Source: Zootoca vivipara (lineage: Eukaryota). From it: DNA of 64,000 bases. The DNA lies in the NCBI RefSeq assembly GCF_963506605.1, contig NC_083286.1:33356001-33420000 (forward strand). Reading direction: 5' to 3'. The notes under the pieces are model-generated. The model did no database searches and had not been told where the DNA came from. It saw nothing but the letters and a program-made list of their open reading frames with translations. A program made the position numbers and the translations under genes. This document shows, piece after piece, positions 48,871 through 63,481 of this stretch. How positions within the stretch are numbered: position 1 is the stretch's first letter; every line of letters begins with the position of its first letter.

Positions 48871-49312
48871 GTAATATAAAAAGCTTGTTGCAAATATAAA
48901 TCTAACTGGCCCATTAGTTTCTAAGCTGCCACCCACAAGCCTCTGTGTCGTTGCAGCAGGAAGAAATGGGAAGGTACCTGATACTACCATACCGGTCTGC
49001 TGCAAGGCAGTGGTGTTTTTTTGGGTGTGTGTGTGTGTGGATTATTTATTTCTTTGCATTTATATACTTTTTTCCTACAAGGAGCTCAAGAGGGCATACG
49101 AGGTTCTCCCCATTTTATACTCACAACACCCTGTGAAATAGGTTAGGCTGAGAGACAGCGACTGGCCCAAGGTCAGCCCTAGTGGGCTTCATGGCTGAGT
49201 GGGGATTTGAACCCCAGCCTCCCAGGTCATAGTCCAACAGCAAGTGGTTTACCTGGAAGGCTCTAATGGAATATATTTGGTGTCTATGTTCCTGTCCAAA
49301 TACAGTGCCAAT

Positions 49313-49620
49313 CAGGGTCAAATTTAGGTTTGATGAGGCCCTAAGCTACTGAAGGTAATGGGGTCCTTAATATGTCCCACTGTCCTTTGTCAACAACAAA
49401 TTGTTGCTGTTTTTGTGCTGAATATATGCTATATGGTAATTTATGGACCTACACAACACAAAACACTGTTGCTGTGTGTAGGTTTTAGTTTAGTTTTTTA
49501 TCTTATATTTTGGAAATGTACTGGTACATCCAGGTTTTTTCCTTTAATTTTTTGGGGGCCCCCCAAGAGAGTGGGACCCTAAGCTATAGCTTGTTTAGCT
49601 TATACATAAATCTGGCACTG
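49313..49620. mobile_element. Non-autonomous hAT-type element
   Basis: CAGGGTCAAATTTA / TAAATCTGGCACTG ends, 8-bp TSD gtgccaat. Confidence 0.8.
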
Positions 49621-49629
49621 GTGCCAATA

Positions 49630-50764
49630 CAGTGGTACCTGTGGTTATGAACGCTTTACCTCACCTGGGCTGGTTCTTTTTTTAAAAAAATTTTTTTATT
49701 GGTTTTATATAATAACACAAAAAAACAAAAGCATACAGAACATATCCATCCAGCTTCTCTCCCTCCCTCCACAAGTCCCCTTCTGCCACAAGAGAATCCC
49801 GTGGACGATGAGAGTCGAATGTAGTCCATTTTATAGATGGGTTTGTCCTCACCCCCCCTCCTTTCCCCCAGAGCCTCCCCCTGCCACCAAGAAGCCCTAG
49901 GATGACAAGGAGAGATACGGGTTGGTGTCCCCCCAGCTATTTATATAAAAAAGAAGAAGAAAAAGAAAAAAGAAAAACATAAAACACAAAAAGGAAAAAC
50001 AAACAAGCAATTAAAATATCTCATTTTTCAATCTCTTACATTGTTAAACATTATTTTAATTACTTCCTCAAATCCCTTCTTCCTGGTTTTCATAATTTCC
50101 TAATATTAATCCTAGCGGGTTTCTTACTCTTAAATTCAAATCTTATTCTTTAATCAAATTATCCAACAATTTCCACCTTTTTCGTGCCCCCTCCCCACAG
50201 GCCCCCTCCTGCCACTAGGGATACCCATGAGAGGTGACCATCCAAAGGTGATCCATTTTGTAGTTGAGTTTCCCTCCGCCTCGCCCCCTCCCCCCAGGGC
50301 CCCCCCCTGACACCTGGGCTGGTTCAGTCCAGTGGAGATCCCTCCGTGGGCTGGATTGCAGGTGTGCATGAGTGCGCGCGACTGCAATTTCCAGCGCCTG
50401 CGCAGATGCGATTTCTGGTGCTGCAGAAGCGAGTCCCCACACTGCGTTGCGCCACTTTAGCGCAGCATGCGGGGACTCGCCAAGTGGGCAGCTCAGTTCA
50501 GGGCGGCTCATGGGCCGGTTAAATCACCTTCGTGGGCTGCTTGTGGCCCATGGGCCTTAGGTTGCCTACCCCTGGGTTACAAGTGCTGCTAACCCAGAAA
50601 TAGCTGCCCCTGGTTGCGAACTTTACCCCAGGATGCGAACGGAAATCGTGTACGAGGCGCATACGCAGCGGGAGGCCCCATTAGCGAAAGCGCAAGTTAA
50701 GAACGGTTACAAGTTAAGAATGGACCTCCGGAACGAATTAAGTTCATAACCAGAGGTACCACTG
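49630..50764. mobile_element. Tigger-like MITE carrying nested insertions
   Basis: TA|CAGTGGTACCTGTGGTTATGAAC...GTTCATAACCAGAGGTACCACTG|TA. Confidence 0.8.
49677..50310 (-). mobile_element. Polyadenylated retro-insertion (LINE 3'UTR-like)
   Basis: AATAAA and A-rich tail on the minus strand; perfect 15-bp TSD cacctgggctggttc. Confidence 0.8.
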
Positions 50765-51059
50765 TACAGTGCAATCCTGCAATTCTTAGCATCCCTTACA
50801 GGAAATGCTAGCTGGGGCTGATGGGAGTCAGAGGCTTCAATATCTAGAGTGCACCCCAAGAGCTTTTTATCAGGCATTTTCATCTGCACGTTGTGCGTTG
50901 AACGTGGTTCCGAATAAGCATTTGAAAGGTGCATACAATGCAGTCTCATGCAAAAAAAATTAAGGGAGATTATCTAAATTCAGGCAACTAATCGTATGAA
51001 GCTGCCTTACACTATTAGGTCATTATCTAGATCAGTACATAGTGACAACAGGTCAAGAT

Positions 51060-51430
51060 TTTATAAACGACCTAGAAGATTGGCAGTTGAAACTGAAGGA
51101 ATATAATCAACTAGCAAGCTTAACTAGTAAAATTAGAGATCAAGATGAGTTTTTAAAGGATTGGAACATGTTTGCAGCTTATTAAAATAATTATTGTAAA
51201 CATGTTAAAATGTAAGTAGGTTTGGAGTAATAACAGCAGTAAAATACATATAGGAGAATATTATGGAGGAGATAAGGTATAGAATAATTAGAATATGCAT
51301 CAATATTACAAAACTTGGGAAAACAATGGAGTGGTGGAGGGGAAGTCTAATACCGGTACTACAGTAATTGAATGTTAATTGGAAAATGTTGTACAATTAT
51401 TTTTATTTTCTTAGAAAAAGTATAAATTTA
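51060..51430 (+). mobile_element. L1/Tx1-like LINE 3' remnant
   Basis: DWQLKLKEYNQLASLTSKIRDQDEFLKDWNMF resembles an L1 ORF2 C-terminus, followed by an AT-rich 3'UTR. Confidence 0.55.
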
Positions 51431-51448
51431 TAGATAGATGACCTGCCA

Positions 51449-51799
51449 GGGACCCAGGTGGCGCTGTGGGCTAAACCACTGAGCCTAGGGCTTGCTGATC
51501 AGAAGGTTGGCGGTTCGAATCCCTGTGACGGGGTGAGCTCCCGTTGCTTGGTCCCAGCTCCTGCCAACCTAGCAGTTCGAAAGCACATCAAAATGCAAGT
51601 AGATAAATAGGAACCGCTATAGCGGGAAGGTAAACGGCATTTCCATGTGCTGCTCTGGTTTGCCAGAAGCGGCTTTGTCATGCTGGCCACATGACCTGGA
51701 AGCTATACGCCGGCTCCCTCGGCCAATAATGCGAGATGAGCGCGCAACCCCAGAGTCGGTCACGACTGGACCTAATGGTCAGGGGTCCCTTTACCTTTA
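51449..51799 (+). mobile_element. Sauria-type SINE, full length
   Basis: TSD agatgacctgcca at 51436-51448 and 51800-51812. Confidence 0.92.
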
Positions 51800-53003
51800 A
51801 GATGACCTGCCACCCACAGGGATGCTACAACCGTGGAACCTTTTTATTAAACCTCTGACCTTAAACGAAGTATGAGCTCTACCACTTCATGAAGGGTCTT
51901 CCCACATACATAGGTAGCTACTACCGTACATGTCAAAATCCTCTATTGCACTACAGGATTATTAAGATTTGACAAACAGGAAAGGATGAGTGAGATATAG
52001 ATTTAGCTGCAATACAGGTCTGAAGTTAAATGGTTTTCTTAACTGGTCATCAATACAAGCAAATTTATTGAACACAGCAAGAGCTACTACAAAAGTTGAA
52101 TAGAAACATCGTATTTAAACATTCATTAAAAGAAATTACTAACAGCATATCATAGAAGGCACTTTATTAGACATACTTGTATATAAATGCAAAGCTAAAT
52201 GTTTACCATTAAATGCACTCCTCTTTATTAAGAAACTTACAAAACTATAGACCCATTTCCCCATAAATCAAAATTATATTAAGTACAAAGTCATTTCCAA
52301 TAGTTAATTAGTAAATAATAAAAGTTTCAAAACAAAGTAGCTTAGCTAGGAATATGGCAAACTGGAGGATTTTCATTTTCATATATACAAAACACACACA
52401 CACTGACGTTATAAGAGGCACAAGTCAAATGCTCCATGGATAGGGCAACATCCAACAGTGACAGCCACTTGTGCAATGGGAGTTTTCCCCTGTCCTGTAC
52501 ACTGATGCCCCCCCAAATCTACTTTGGACAATTGGGGAACCCTCTGGAATAGATTTTGCAAGTGTGCAGAGGATGACAATGCCATGACAATGGGTATCCC
52601 CCATAAGAAGTGTTAGTCGTACTATATACACTGAATGACTGTGTAATTTACATTATACCATAGAATGGGCAGCTAGGAGTATCTTAAGTACTGATACTAC
52701 ATTTAAGTTACTATATGCTTAAATTCAGTAGAAGTCTCCTATTCTTAAAGAAGGCGGCTCCTATTCAAGAATACCGTATCTTTAAACCTTCTTAGTTCCA
52801 GAAAAGAAAACATCAGTGCTTGATGTATGCTGAATTTCATTTATCTCCATTTTCATTTTCTCAGAAAAGTAACTGTTACTGTTTCCTCAATGAAAGAAAC
52901 AGCAAGTTTAACTTACTATACAAGAACCAGTCAGCCAGTGCTGCTGAATTAAGTTATTTATATGACTGTTTTGTCTATTAATATTATACTGTATATTAAA
53001 ATG

Positions 53004-54911
<1,908 letters not shown>

Positions 54912-55570
54912 GTTCGCTTGGCTGACGATCCAAGTGCCTTGAAACACGTCACGAAGACACGTGTTCATCCTTCGCAGGGACCTTTCCCAACCCTGCCCGA
55001 GTCAGCGCATAATAACAGCGTCACAGCGGCCCCATTCTTCCGCCCGTCTCCTGGTAGATAGAAAAGGGACGCTGTAAGGTAAGAACCACCTCACATACAT
55101 ACAAACAAACAAACATATAACGGTTTCGGCGAGCGTTTGGCTTTTCCCTGCAGTCTAGGGCCAGAGGGTGACGCCTTAGCGTTTCGCCATCAGCTGGGCG
55201 CCCAGCTGCGTGGGAAGCCCCCAGCCTGAATGGAGGCAGCCTAGGTGCCATGAGGAGAAAGGCGCCTCCGGCGGGTATTACGAGACAGCGGCAGATCTCT
55301 ATGGTGATGGAGAAGAGCGAGTAAGGCGCTGCCTGGGCTACAGAAGCGGCGGAGAAGGGTCAGCGCAACACAGGCGGGCAGAGCCGCTCCGCAAGTCCCT
55401 CGGGCGGGTGGACCCCCGCACGGGCATAACTGAACGAAGCATGTCCGGTCAGAAGTAAGTCCCGCTGAGTTCGGCTGGGCTGCCTTCCCTTCGCCCTGGA
55501 AGATCTGCCTCCCTGCCTTGTTGGCCGATATTTTCCCACCTGGCCTGCGTGGGCGGGTCCCTGACTGATC
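54912..55570. promoter_or_regulatory. Bidirectional CpG-island promoter shared by AK6 and RAD17; includes RAD17 leader exon ending at 55454
   Basis: CpG-rich; AK6 ATG at 54911 (-) and a strong AA|GTAAGT donor at 55455 (+). Confidence 0.8.
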
Positions 55571-56656
55571 CCAGCTACAAAAGTTGCTGAACAGACTCTT
55601 CGGCTGGGGTAGTGTTTGGAGGTTTCTTTGGTTGCTCGTACTGTATAAGTTGAATAAATAATAATAATAATAATACGGATGCTGATTTTTTAATATTTAT
55701 TTCTAGATCATGTTATGATTCATGTGGGAATTGTTTTAATTTGGTTGTGTACATTATTTATGACTTTCGTTATGTTTGTAATTATGCAAATCTTGTCATG
55801 TCATAAGCCGCCTTGAGCATAGTTTTAACTCAAACACCACCGTGCTTATATTTTTGGACAACTGTCTCAGTCTGTGAGTGTACTCTTTATATTGCCTAGC
55901 CTTTGGGGATGGTATGACAACTACTGACATTTGTGACGGGGTGGTATGACAACTTAAATTTGTAACTGAATATCCAGTTCTGAAGTTTTCGCCTGCTGTA
56001 TAGATGAAACCTATAGTTGTCTGTGACAGGTTACTGAATTCTGCCTACTACTGCCTGATGTACTAGTATACAGTATTTAAAAATTATTTCAGGAATATGT
56101 TACACAATCATGCTGCTAAATAGTTTCTGTGGAGGTTTTTCTCCACAACCATGAGTTGGTAGAAACAATCCCAACCCCTTTTGCACCACTATGGAAAGGT
56201 GGTGGATAAAGTGGAAGTCTCTCCACCCTGCCCACTGCCTGCAGAGTGATGCCAACATTACTTCATTGGTATGAACCTCCCTGTTCAGATCACCAAATGG
56301 TGAGTGGGTACGGTATGCCGCCGGTAGGATCTCTGCCAGTGAAATCCAGCTGGAAGACCAAAAAGGCCCTGTGTGAAGCCTGGCATTCCATACAGCCAGG
56401 GTTAGGAATGAACCTTTACTTGGAAAAACAGCACATTTGGAAGAAAATAGCAGCTGGAGTGTGATTTCTCCCTTCCCTGGGGCTATCCCTTCATCTAATT
56501 ATTTGCAAGGCAGGCCTGGTTGGATGTTTTGCCTAGCTGGACGTTTTAAAATTCTATCTGTGCAAAGTTTGTTTACATAAGTATTTTACACTTTTTTAGG
56601 TCATATAATTTAAAGGGCTACTGGTCATATGCTTCGGATGGAAACTACAAAGGTTG

Positions 56657-56701
56657 ATGATGTCAAAAAAACATTCAAAAAGAAAGATTGCTGCAGTCAA
56701 A
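56657..56701 (+). CDS. RAD17: RAD17 first coding exon (exon starts at 56600)
   Basis: MMSKKHSKRKIAAVK then gtgagt; resembles the recalled human MSKTFLRPKVSSTK isoform start. Confidence 0.75.
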
Positions 56702-56909
56702 GTGAGTGATTACAACTTTAAGATATTAAAGACTTTGGATTGTATTATTCTTTAATGCACAGTTGTTATACTCATGTAGAGAAGGATTGCTTCCTTTATT
56801 ATCGCTTTTCACAACATCAGCCAATAGTAGTTTGGAAATCACAGTTAAATGTTCCAGACCAAGTATAATTACTGGAAATAAGAACTGTTGGACACACCGT
56901 GGCTAAATG

Positions 56910-56948
<39 letters not shown>

Positions 56949-59835
56949 TTAAGACATAGTATTTTCATAATTTCATGCTGATTTCAGACTCCCTTTCTTG
57001 TATTAAAACAAAGTTACTGAATGTTCAATTAAGTAGAGCTTAAAAGTTGAAAGGGGGCTTTCCAATAGTATGACAAAGTTGTTGTTATTAAGACCTTTGA
57101 CTATTCTACTGTAAAATAGTAGTTGGTTTAAGAATTAATCATTTCTACCATGCAATAACTTTTGTTTACTTATATTTTGTCAGGTGACTGATTGGGTGGA
57201 GCCATCTTTTAGTGATTTCTGTAAGGATACAATTCTATCATCTGACATTCTTCATAAGAAGCCATCAACAGATACCAAACACAGTCGGAAGAAAAAAGAG
57301 TGTTGCTCTCCGATAGAAAGTTGTAAGACTGAAGGGAAAAAAAGAAAGCCACCTTCTACAGATGAGCAATATAAATATAAACTCTCAAAACAAAACCATA
57401 GCCAAAACAAATCTTGGGTGGATAAATACAAACCGAAAACTCAGGTAAAGTTTAGTTTAAAATTCCTTTAAAAACAACAAATAGCTTTGTGTGTTGTTGA
57501 AGTGGTGTGCCCAAAAGGAAAAGTAGTTACAGTGTTTCATAGATTTATTACGTTGATAGAACATAGGTATACTTGGTTAACAGAAAAGTATAAGATATAT
57601 GTTTTGATTTGAAGTGCATTTGGAAATTTGTTCATTTTAAATATATATTTTTAAATGGTCAGCAAGTGTTTGGAATATTATGCACTAGCAATGGAATATG
57701 TTTGCACTTGTTATTGAGTAATGATATTAACTATGTCCTCTAGATGATCATCTTTCAGCTTAATAAACAAAGATGTGAGGAAGACTTCTGTCCATGTATA
57801 GTCATTTCTAGAAATATGTTGGATGTCCTTTGAATGCCTTGAAAATTAATGCAAATCTAGTCCCTTGGCTCTGGTGTGTGGCATTATGTAATCACATTCC
57901 AGTTCATTAGGACAGAGGTCTTGTGGTAGCTTTCAGACTGTAAATGGAGCCTTCATGCAGATGCCCCTTATTTTAGCTAGTTTAGTACGCTGTGGAACTA
58001 TTTGCAGTCTGAAGGCTGCTGCTGAATCTCAGGCCCTGAACTCTGCTGTGTGTGATGTAATCTCCACACTTTGGGGCTTGGAGATGGATACCAGATAGTT
58101 GGAACCCTAATGGCCTGAATTCTGGCCAAAATGGATCCCAGACGAACTGAGCCAGGCCAGTTACGGAAACACAGTAAAAATAGAACTATTTATATTTTGC
58201 TTACACTAATAATTAACTTGTTACAGGTACCAAGAGAATATGCTACAACAGTGTTCTTTCGCAGTATTTAATTCTACTGTAAAATTATTTGCCTGAACTA
58301 TATATTATTAATTATTTTTCTCATTAGAATGAGCTTGCCATACACAAGAAGAAAATTGAAGAAGTTGAAGCATGGTTAAAAGATCACACATTTCAAAGGC
58401 CACCCAGACAGGTAGCATATATTTACCTAGTAGCTTTACCTGTCACTAAGTTTGTTTTGAAGGCTTTGTGTAACTTAAGACACCTTCTGGGAAATGTTCA
58501 GCAGATTATATTTTCATCAGAAATGAGGTGAGAAAGCAACACAAATCCTGCATGATATTTCATTTTGCAGCAGTATTTGTTACAGTATTTCATGCAGTAA
58601 TCTGCTTTTGACATTTGGCACAGTAATTTTCTAGAAGTTTGTAGCAGCAAAATAAATTCTTAGGAAAAATAATACGGTTCACTTGAAAATAAAGTTAACA
58701 TAAACTGTAGCTTTTTGACACCTGGACTGACATACCATAGGGAAATAGGCATCATTTGATTGCATTTCCCCTTCCTTTTCTGAACTGCTGCCGTGTTTCT
58801 CCGAAAATAAGCCATACTCCGAAAATAAGCCATAGTGATAGGCAGTTTAACCTTGTAGGTTAAACTGTACCATACTTAATAAAAAATAAAAAAAAGACAT
58901 CCCCTGAAAATAAGCCACTGTGGTGTTTTTTTTTTTTTTGGAGGAAAAATAAATATAATATGGTGTCTTATTTTTGGAGAAACACGGTAGATATGCATTT
59001 CACTGTTTGCTTCTTTGCAACCTGGGGAGAGGAACATAGGAAGATCTTTTATACCAATCAGACAATTGGTTTTCCATGTAGCTCAGTACTGTCTGTTGGC
59101 AGCAGTTCTCCTGATTTTGAGGGAGCTGATATTCCCAGCTCTACCTGGAGATGCCGGTTATTGAACCTGGGAGCTGCTTCATGCAAAGCCAATGCTTTAC
59201 CACTGAGCTACAACTTCTTCTGAGAGGAGTAAATGGCAACGAGTAAGCTTGGCTCAGAGCAGGCCCACTGAAAATTTTGGATGTAACTTAGCCATGTTCA
59301 ATAATTTAAATGGGTCTGCTCCAAATGAAAACTAGTTGCATGTCACTCAAAAAAGTTCTTCTGCATGCATGTTAAGTTTTTCCATATTGCCTGGTGAACG
59401 TTGCTGCATTGTGACCCGAGAAATGCTGTGGTATGTTAACAGAGGGGCATACAGGGATGAATTAAAAGGTGCTGATGTTTGCAGTGCTATAAAGGTAAAG
59501 GTAAAGGGACCCTTGACCATTAGGTCCAGTCGTGACCGACTCTGGGGTTGTGGCGCTCATCTCGCTTTATTGGCCGAGGGAGCCGGCGTACAGCTTCTGG
59601 GTCATGTGGCCAGCATGACTAAGTTACTTCTGGCGAACCAGAGCAGCGCACGGAAACGCCGTTTACCTTCCCACTGGAGCAGTACCTATTTATCTACAGT
59701 ACTTGCACTTTGATGTGCTTTCGAACTGCAGTGTTATACTTGGAGCTAAATCATTGCATGAGAAAAGTATGCATATATTCTTCCTCTTGCACAAGTGTTT
59801 TTAGAAGAGCATTGCTGGCAAGTTCTCTTCCACAC

Positions 59836-59880
<45 letters not shown>

Positions 59881-62800
59881 CGGATATGGATGGGAGCTTT
59901 TTTTTGCCATCCTAATTCAAATAATAATTAGTATTAGGGTAGTAACAGAATTTGTCAAATATTTTGTTTTGGCAGCATTTTATTGCTGCTTCATTTTCCA
60001 ATTCCTTGTAATATATATGATTACCTAATAAGCAATTAATTTTACACTTGTATAAGTGTGGTGAAATATTGAATCATTGGGATTGTAATTTGTAATTTAA
60101 CAACAGAAATTGTGCTAACAGAAAGTGTGGGGAGAAGGGGGGGAAATTAATAAAAGTCCATTAAATTTTTATCATGCTCTTTCCTTCTAATATAGCGAGT
60201 TGGTTTATTATATGATGTCTTGTAGGAAGGTTCTATTTTATTATTAACTGGTCCTCCTGGATGTGGCAAGTCTGCAACTGTGGAAATATTAGCCAAAGAT
60301 CTTGGCATTCAAGTGCAAGAATGGATAAATCCTGTATCACTAGACTTCAAGAAAGATGATGTCATAGATTCTTTGAGCTATGGTAAGCATTTAATTGAAG
60401 ACTTTGAGTCAAGCAGTTAGAATATATTTGGTAGGTTTGTGTATTTGTCATAATATCCCAATCTGATGCCCATCAAATTGTTGAAAGTTTCATTGGAATT
60501 AACGAGACTCACTTCTACTTAATAGTGTGATACTTTAGATTCATACTCAGATCTTTACTAGTAGACCCTCTTTTCACCCCATGGTTTCAAACATTTTCAC
60601 ATTTCAAAACTGATATGTTTTGCAGTAATGGGAAGGGAACAGTGAGGCCGGCACCCCCCCCCCAAATAAATTGGTTCTTAAGTATACTGGTTTGTACAAC
60701 AACTAAAGCTCTTAAAATGAAGGTGGATGGGATTTCTAAGTTAAGGCAGATATCTTTATCTGCTGATGGAAAGTAGAAACTATAAAGATAGTATCTGCAT
60801 TCCTTTTCTTCAAAGATGTGATATACTTGTACCACCCATCCAGTTCCCATAATCTACACCTTTGGTGGATTTTAGCCTGTGCTATTTGGCAGCAGGCAAA
60901 AAATGGCTTTTTGCTCTAAAACACCAAATTCAAAGCAGATGGGTCCTAGGATACTGAATCTTCATGTTCATGTTATTGTTATTTATAAGGTATACACTGT
61001 AAAATAAACTCTCCTGTTCAGAGTCTGATTTTCAGATACTTCCTTATCAGAGCCAGACAGCTCTCTTTCAAGAGTTTCTATTAAGAGCAAACAAATATGC
61101 CAGTCTTCAGATGGTTGGACAATCCATGGAAACTGACAAAAGACTTATTCTTGTGGAAGTAAGTAAAAATACAGTAGTTAACTAATTCAAGTTAAAATCT
61201 TATATTCTTTTTTCTTATATTTTAAAGGACACTTTTATGTAAACTGCTTAGGGATTTTGAATGTTAAGCAGTGTATAAATATAATAAATATGTAAATAAT
61301 GCAAGATAGGAGTTACCATAATCGTAAGGGGTGATTCCCGGGATGATTTGAAAATTTTGTCACAGTGAGCCTACTAAGAGCACGGGAACATTTGGGTTTA
61401 TCTAAAGTAGCACTTTGAATCTAAACAGTTTGTTATTATAAATGTCAAGTAAAATAAGCAGATGACTCATATTATAGTCTTAATGGCCATCCACAATATT
61501 AATGCTACAGAGATGCTAAAATAAGAATATTGTGAAGAGCTAATATTAGGCAAGGAGATGATTAACTGCATTTGTCGTGACATAAGACTTCTCTTGACCA
61601 TCTCTTGACAATTTTCTCTGTTTGAACAGTGTAGCTCCAATGATAATGGGAAAAAAGCTGGAATAACAGTATTATATTTGGTTTTTATAGGATATGCCAA
61701 ACTATTTTTACCGTGACCATAGCTGTTTACATGAAATCTTGAGGTGAGTATAAAGCCATGGTTAGCAATTTGTTTTTATCAAAGGGCCACTTTGAGGAAT
61801 ACGGCTGATGTGCTATAAAATTCCATGAATACAAATGGAAACCTTCACATTATTCAATTTATTCTGAATTTTTGGTGTGTGGGGGTGGAATGTAAACATT
61901 TTGAGGTGGGAGGCATTCTTGGGCCAGAGGCTTCTAGTTGCTTATTGCTAGTATAGACTCCTACAGATTGATAACACTTGCCTTTAAACTTGGGACTTTC
62001 TCTCTTCATTTTTCATTTTAGAAGGTTTGTGCGGACAAGCAGATGTCCTCTTGTGTTTATAATATCAGATGCCTTCAGTGGAGCCAGCAACCAAAGGTCT
62101 CTATTTCCAAAGGAGATTCAGGAAGAGCTACATATAGATAATATTAGGTAAAAGGATCATTAAGTGCATTGGTCACAACCGAGGATTCATTATTAAATGT
62201 ATATTGACCATCTGCCTCATTAATTTTCTCAGTTTTAACCCCGTGGCTCCAACGATGATGATGAAAGTTCTAAATCGAATAGCTGGAGCAGAGTTCAAGA
62301 CGGTAGGTCAAATTAAAGCAGCGCTGGGACCGTTGCAATATGGTCATATTGTGAAAGTTAGCTGAATGTATCAATTGAGAGAGTTATTTAGTCTGCTCCT
62401 TCCTAAAAAAATAGAATAATTTTTAACAAGTGGCTTTTATTTGAGAAGTGGCTGCCAAATGACTGAGGTCTGTCAGCATTCGAGGAAGTACAGGTAAAAT
62501 AAAACAAAAAGAGACTCAGAAATGCATGGATGTATACAAATGGCTTCCACACACATAGCACTTGTAATTTATTTCACTATCAGAGGAGCTGTAGGTGTTT
62601 AGCAGTGTATGAATATGTGTTTATGCTCAGTTAATAGGTGACTTGGAAATGTAAATAAAAATATCATATGCAGCATTGTTCCACCATTGAGTAGGGAAAC
62701 CCGTGAATGTGTTCAGAGTATCACTAATACTCTTAGGTACACTCTTAGGTTACTTGATGCTGCAAACATCAGTTCAATAAAATCATATAAAGCTTATGGC

Positions 62801-62995
62801 CAGTGTTTATCTACAAACTAACAGCAGTCTTGTTTTGTTGTGCAGACTAAAGACCTTACAGATACTTTTGCTTTTCTTTGCAGAATGGAGAAAAAACCGA
62901 TGTCCCTGACATATCTTCATTAGACTTGATTTGCAAAGGATGTTCAGGTGATATTAGGAGTGCAATAAATAACCTTCAGTTTTCTTCTTTAAGGG
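56657..62995 (+). CDS. RAD17: RAD17 checkpoint clamp loader, 5' part (9 coding exons in the window; gene continues past 64000)
   Basis: VTDWVEPSF, WVDKYKP, ELAIHKKKIEEV, Walker A GPPGCGKS, Walker B-like LILVED, FNPVAPT, GDIRSAINNLQF; phases are consistent. Confidence 0.97.
56913..56947. repeat. (TA)n microsatellite
   Basis: Read directly. Confidence 0.95.
57184..57444 (+). CDS. RAD17: RAD17 exon
   Basis: VTDWVEPSFSDF...SWVDKYKPKTQ. Confidence 0.94.
58328..58411 (+). CDS. RAD17: RAD17 exon
   Basis: NELAIHKKKIEEVEAWLKDHTFQRPPRQ. Confidence 0.94.
58791..58987. mobile_element. pogo/Tigger-like MITE
   Basis: CCGTGTTTCTCCGAAAATAAG...CTTATTTTTGGAGAAACACGG|TA with repeated GAAAATAAGCCA subterminal motifs. 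Confidence 0.8.
59491..59730 (-). mobile_element. 5'-truncated Sauria-type SINE
   Basis: 3' two-thirds of the consensus with (ACCTTT)n tail. Confidence 0.88.
59840..59879. repeat. (GT)n microsatellite
   Basis: Read directly. Confidence 0.95.
60226..60382 (+). CDS. RAD17: RAD17 exon (Walker A)
   Basis: EGSILLLTGPPGCGKSATVEILAKDLGIQVQEWINP... Confidence 0.95.
61022..61158 (+). CDS. RAD17: RAD17 exon
   Basis: ESDFQILPYQSQTALFQEFLLRANKY...DKRLILVE. Confidence 0.94.
61691..61743 (+). CDS. RAD17: RAD17 exon
   Basis: DMPNYFYRDHSCLHEILR. Confidence 0.93.
62022..62147 (+). CDS. RAD17: RAD17 exon
   Basis: RFVRTSRCPLVFIISDAFSGASNQRSLFPKEIQEELHIDNIS. Confidence 0.93.
62233..62302 (+). CDS. RAD17: RAD17 exon
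   Basis: FNPVAPTMMMKVLNRIAGAEFKT. Confidence 0.93.
62884..62995 (+). CDS. RAD17: RAD17 exon
   Basis: NGEKTDVPDISSLDLICKGCSGDIRSAINNLQFSSLR. Confidence 0.94.
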
Positions 62996-63481
62996 GTAAG
63001 TATGGAACAACTTCTGCTTAAATAAGTTTGTGGTTTTTGAAAATCATTTTTATTTTAACACTCTTGGGGTAGCCTTGCGGAAACTCTTATCAATGCGAGG
63101 CAGGAACTGAATGTCTCTTGGTTGTTAAATGGGACTTTTATACTGTGGCACTGATCCAAAGATGAACAAGCAAAGACAACTCTCCGCTTGTGAAATAGAT
63201 CCTCAGTCCTTTCACAGCTAGCAGTGCCGTTCTTCCCCTCCACAGGACATCAGCATTGCCAGAAAGGACAATAGTGAAATTATTTTCATAGTGTGCACAA
63301 AATGTTGGAGCAAGTCTGTAGCTCTGTGTGTGAAAAACTAGAGTTACCAGGATTATTTGGGGGAAATCATGTGCTTTAAATGTATGATGTGGATCTATTC
63401 CTTGAGTTTGTGCAGTATTGGGGGGTTGAACTAGCCATACTTAGTTCCCATTTAAATTAATGGGACTTAAATTAGTTATTA

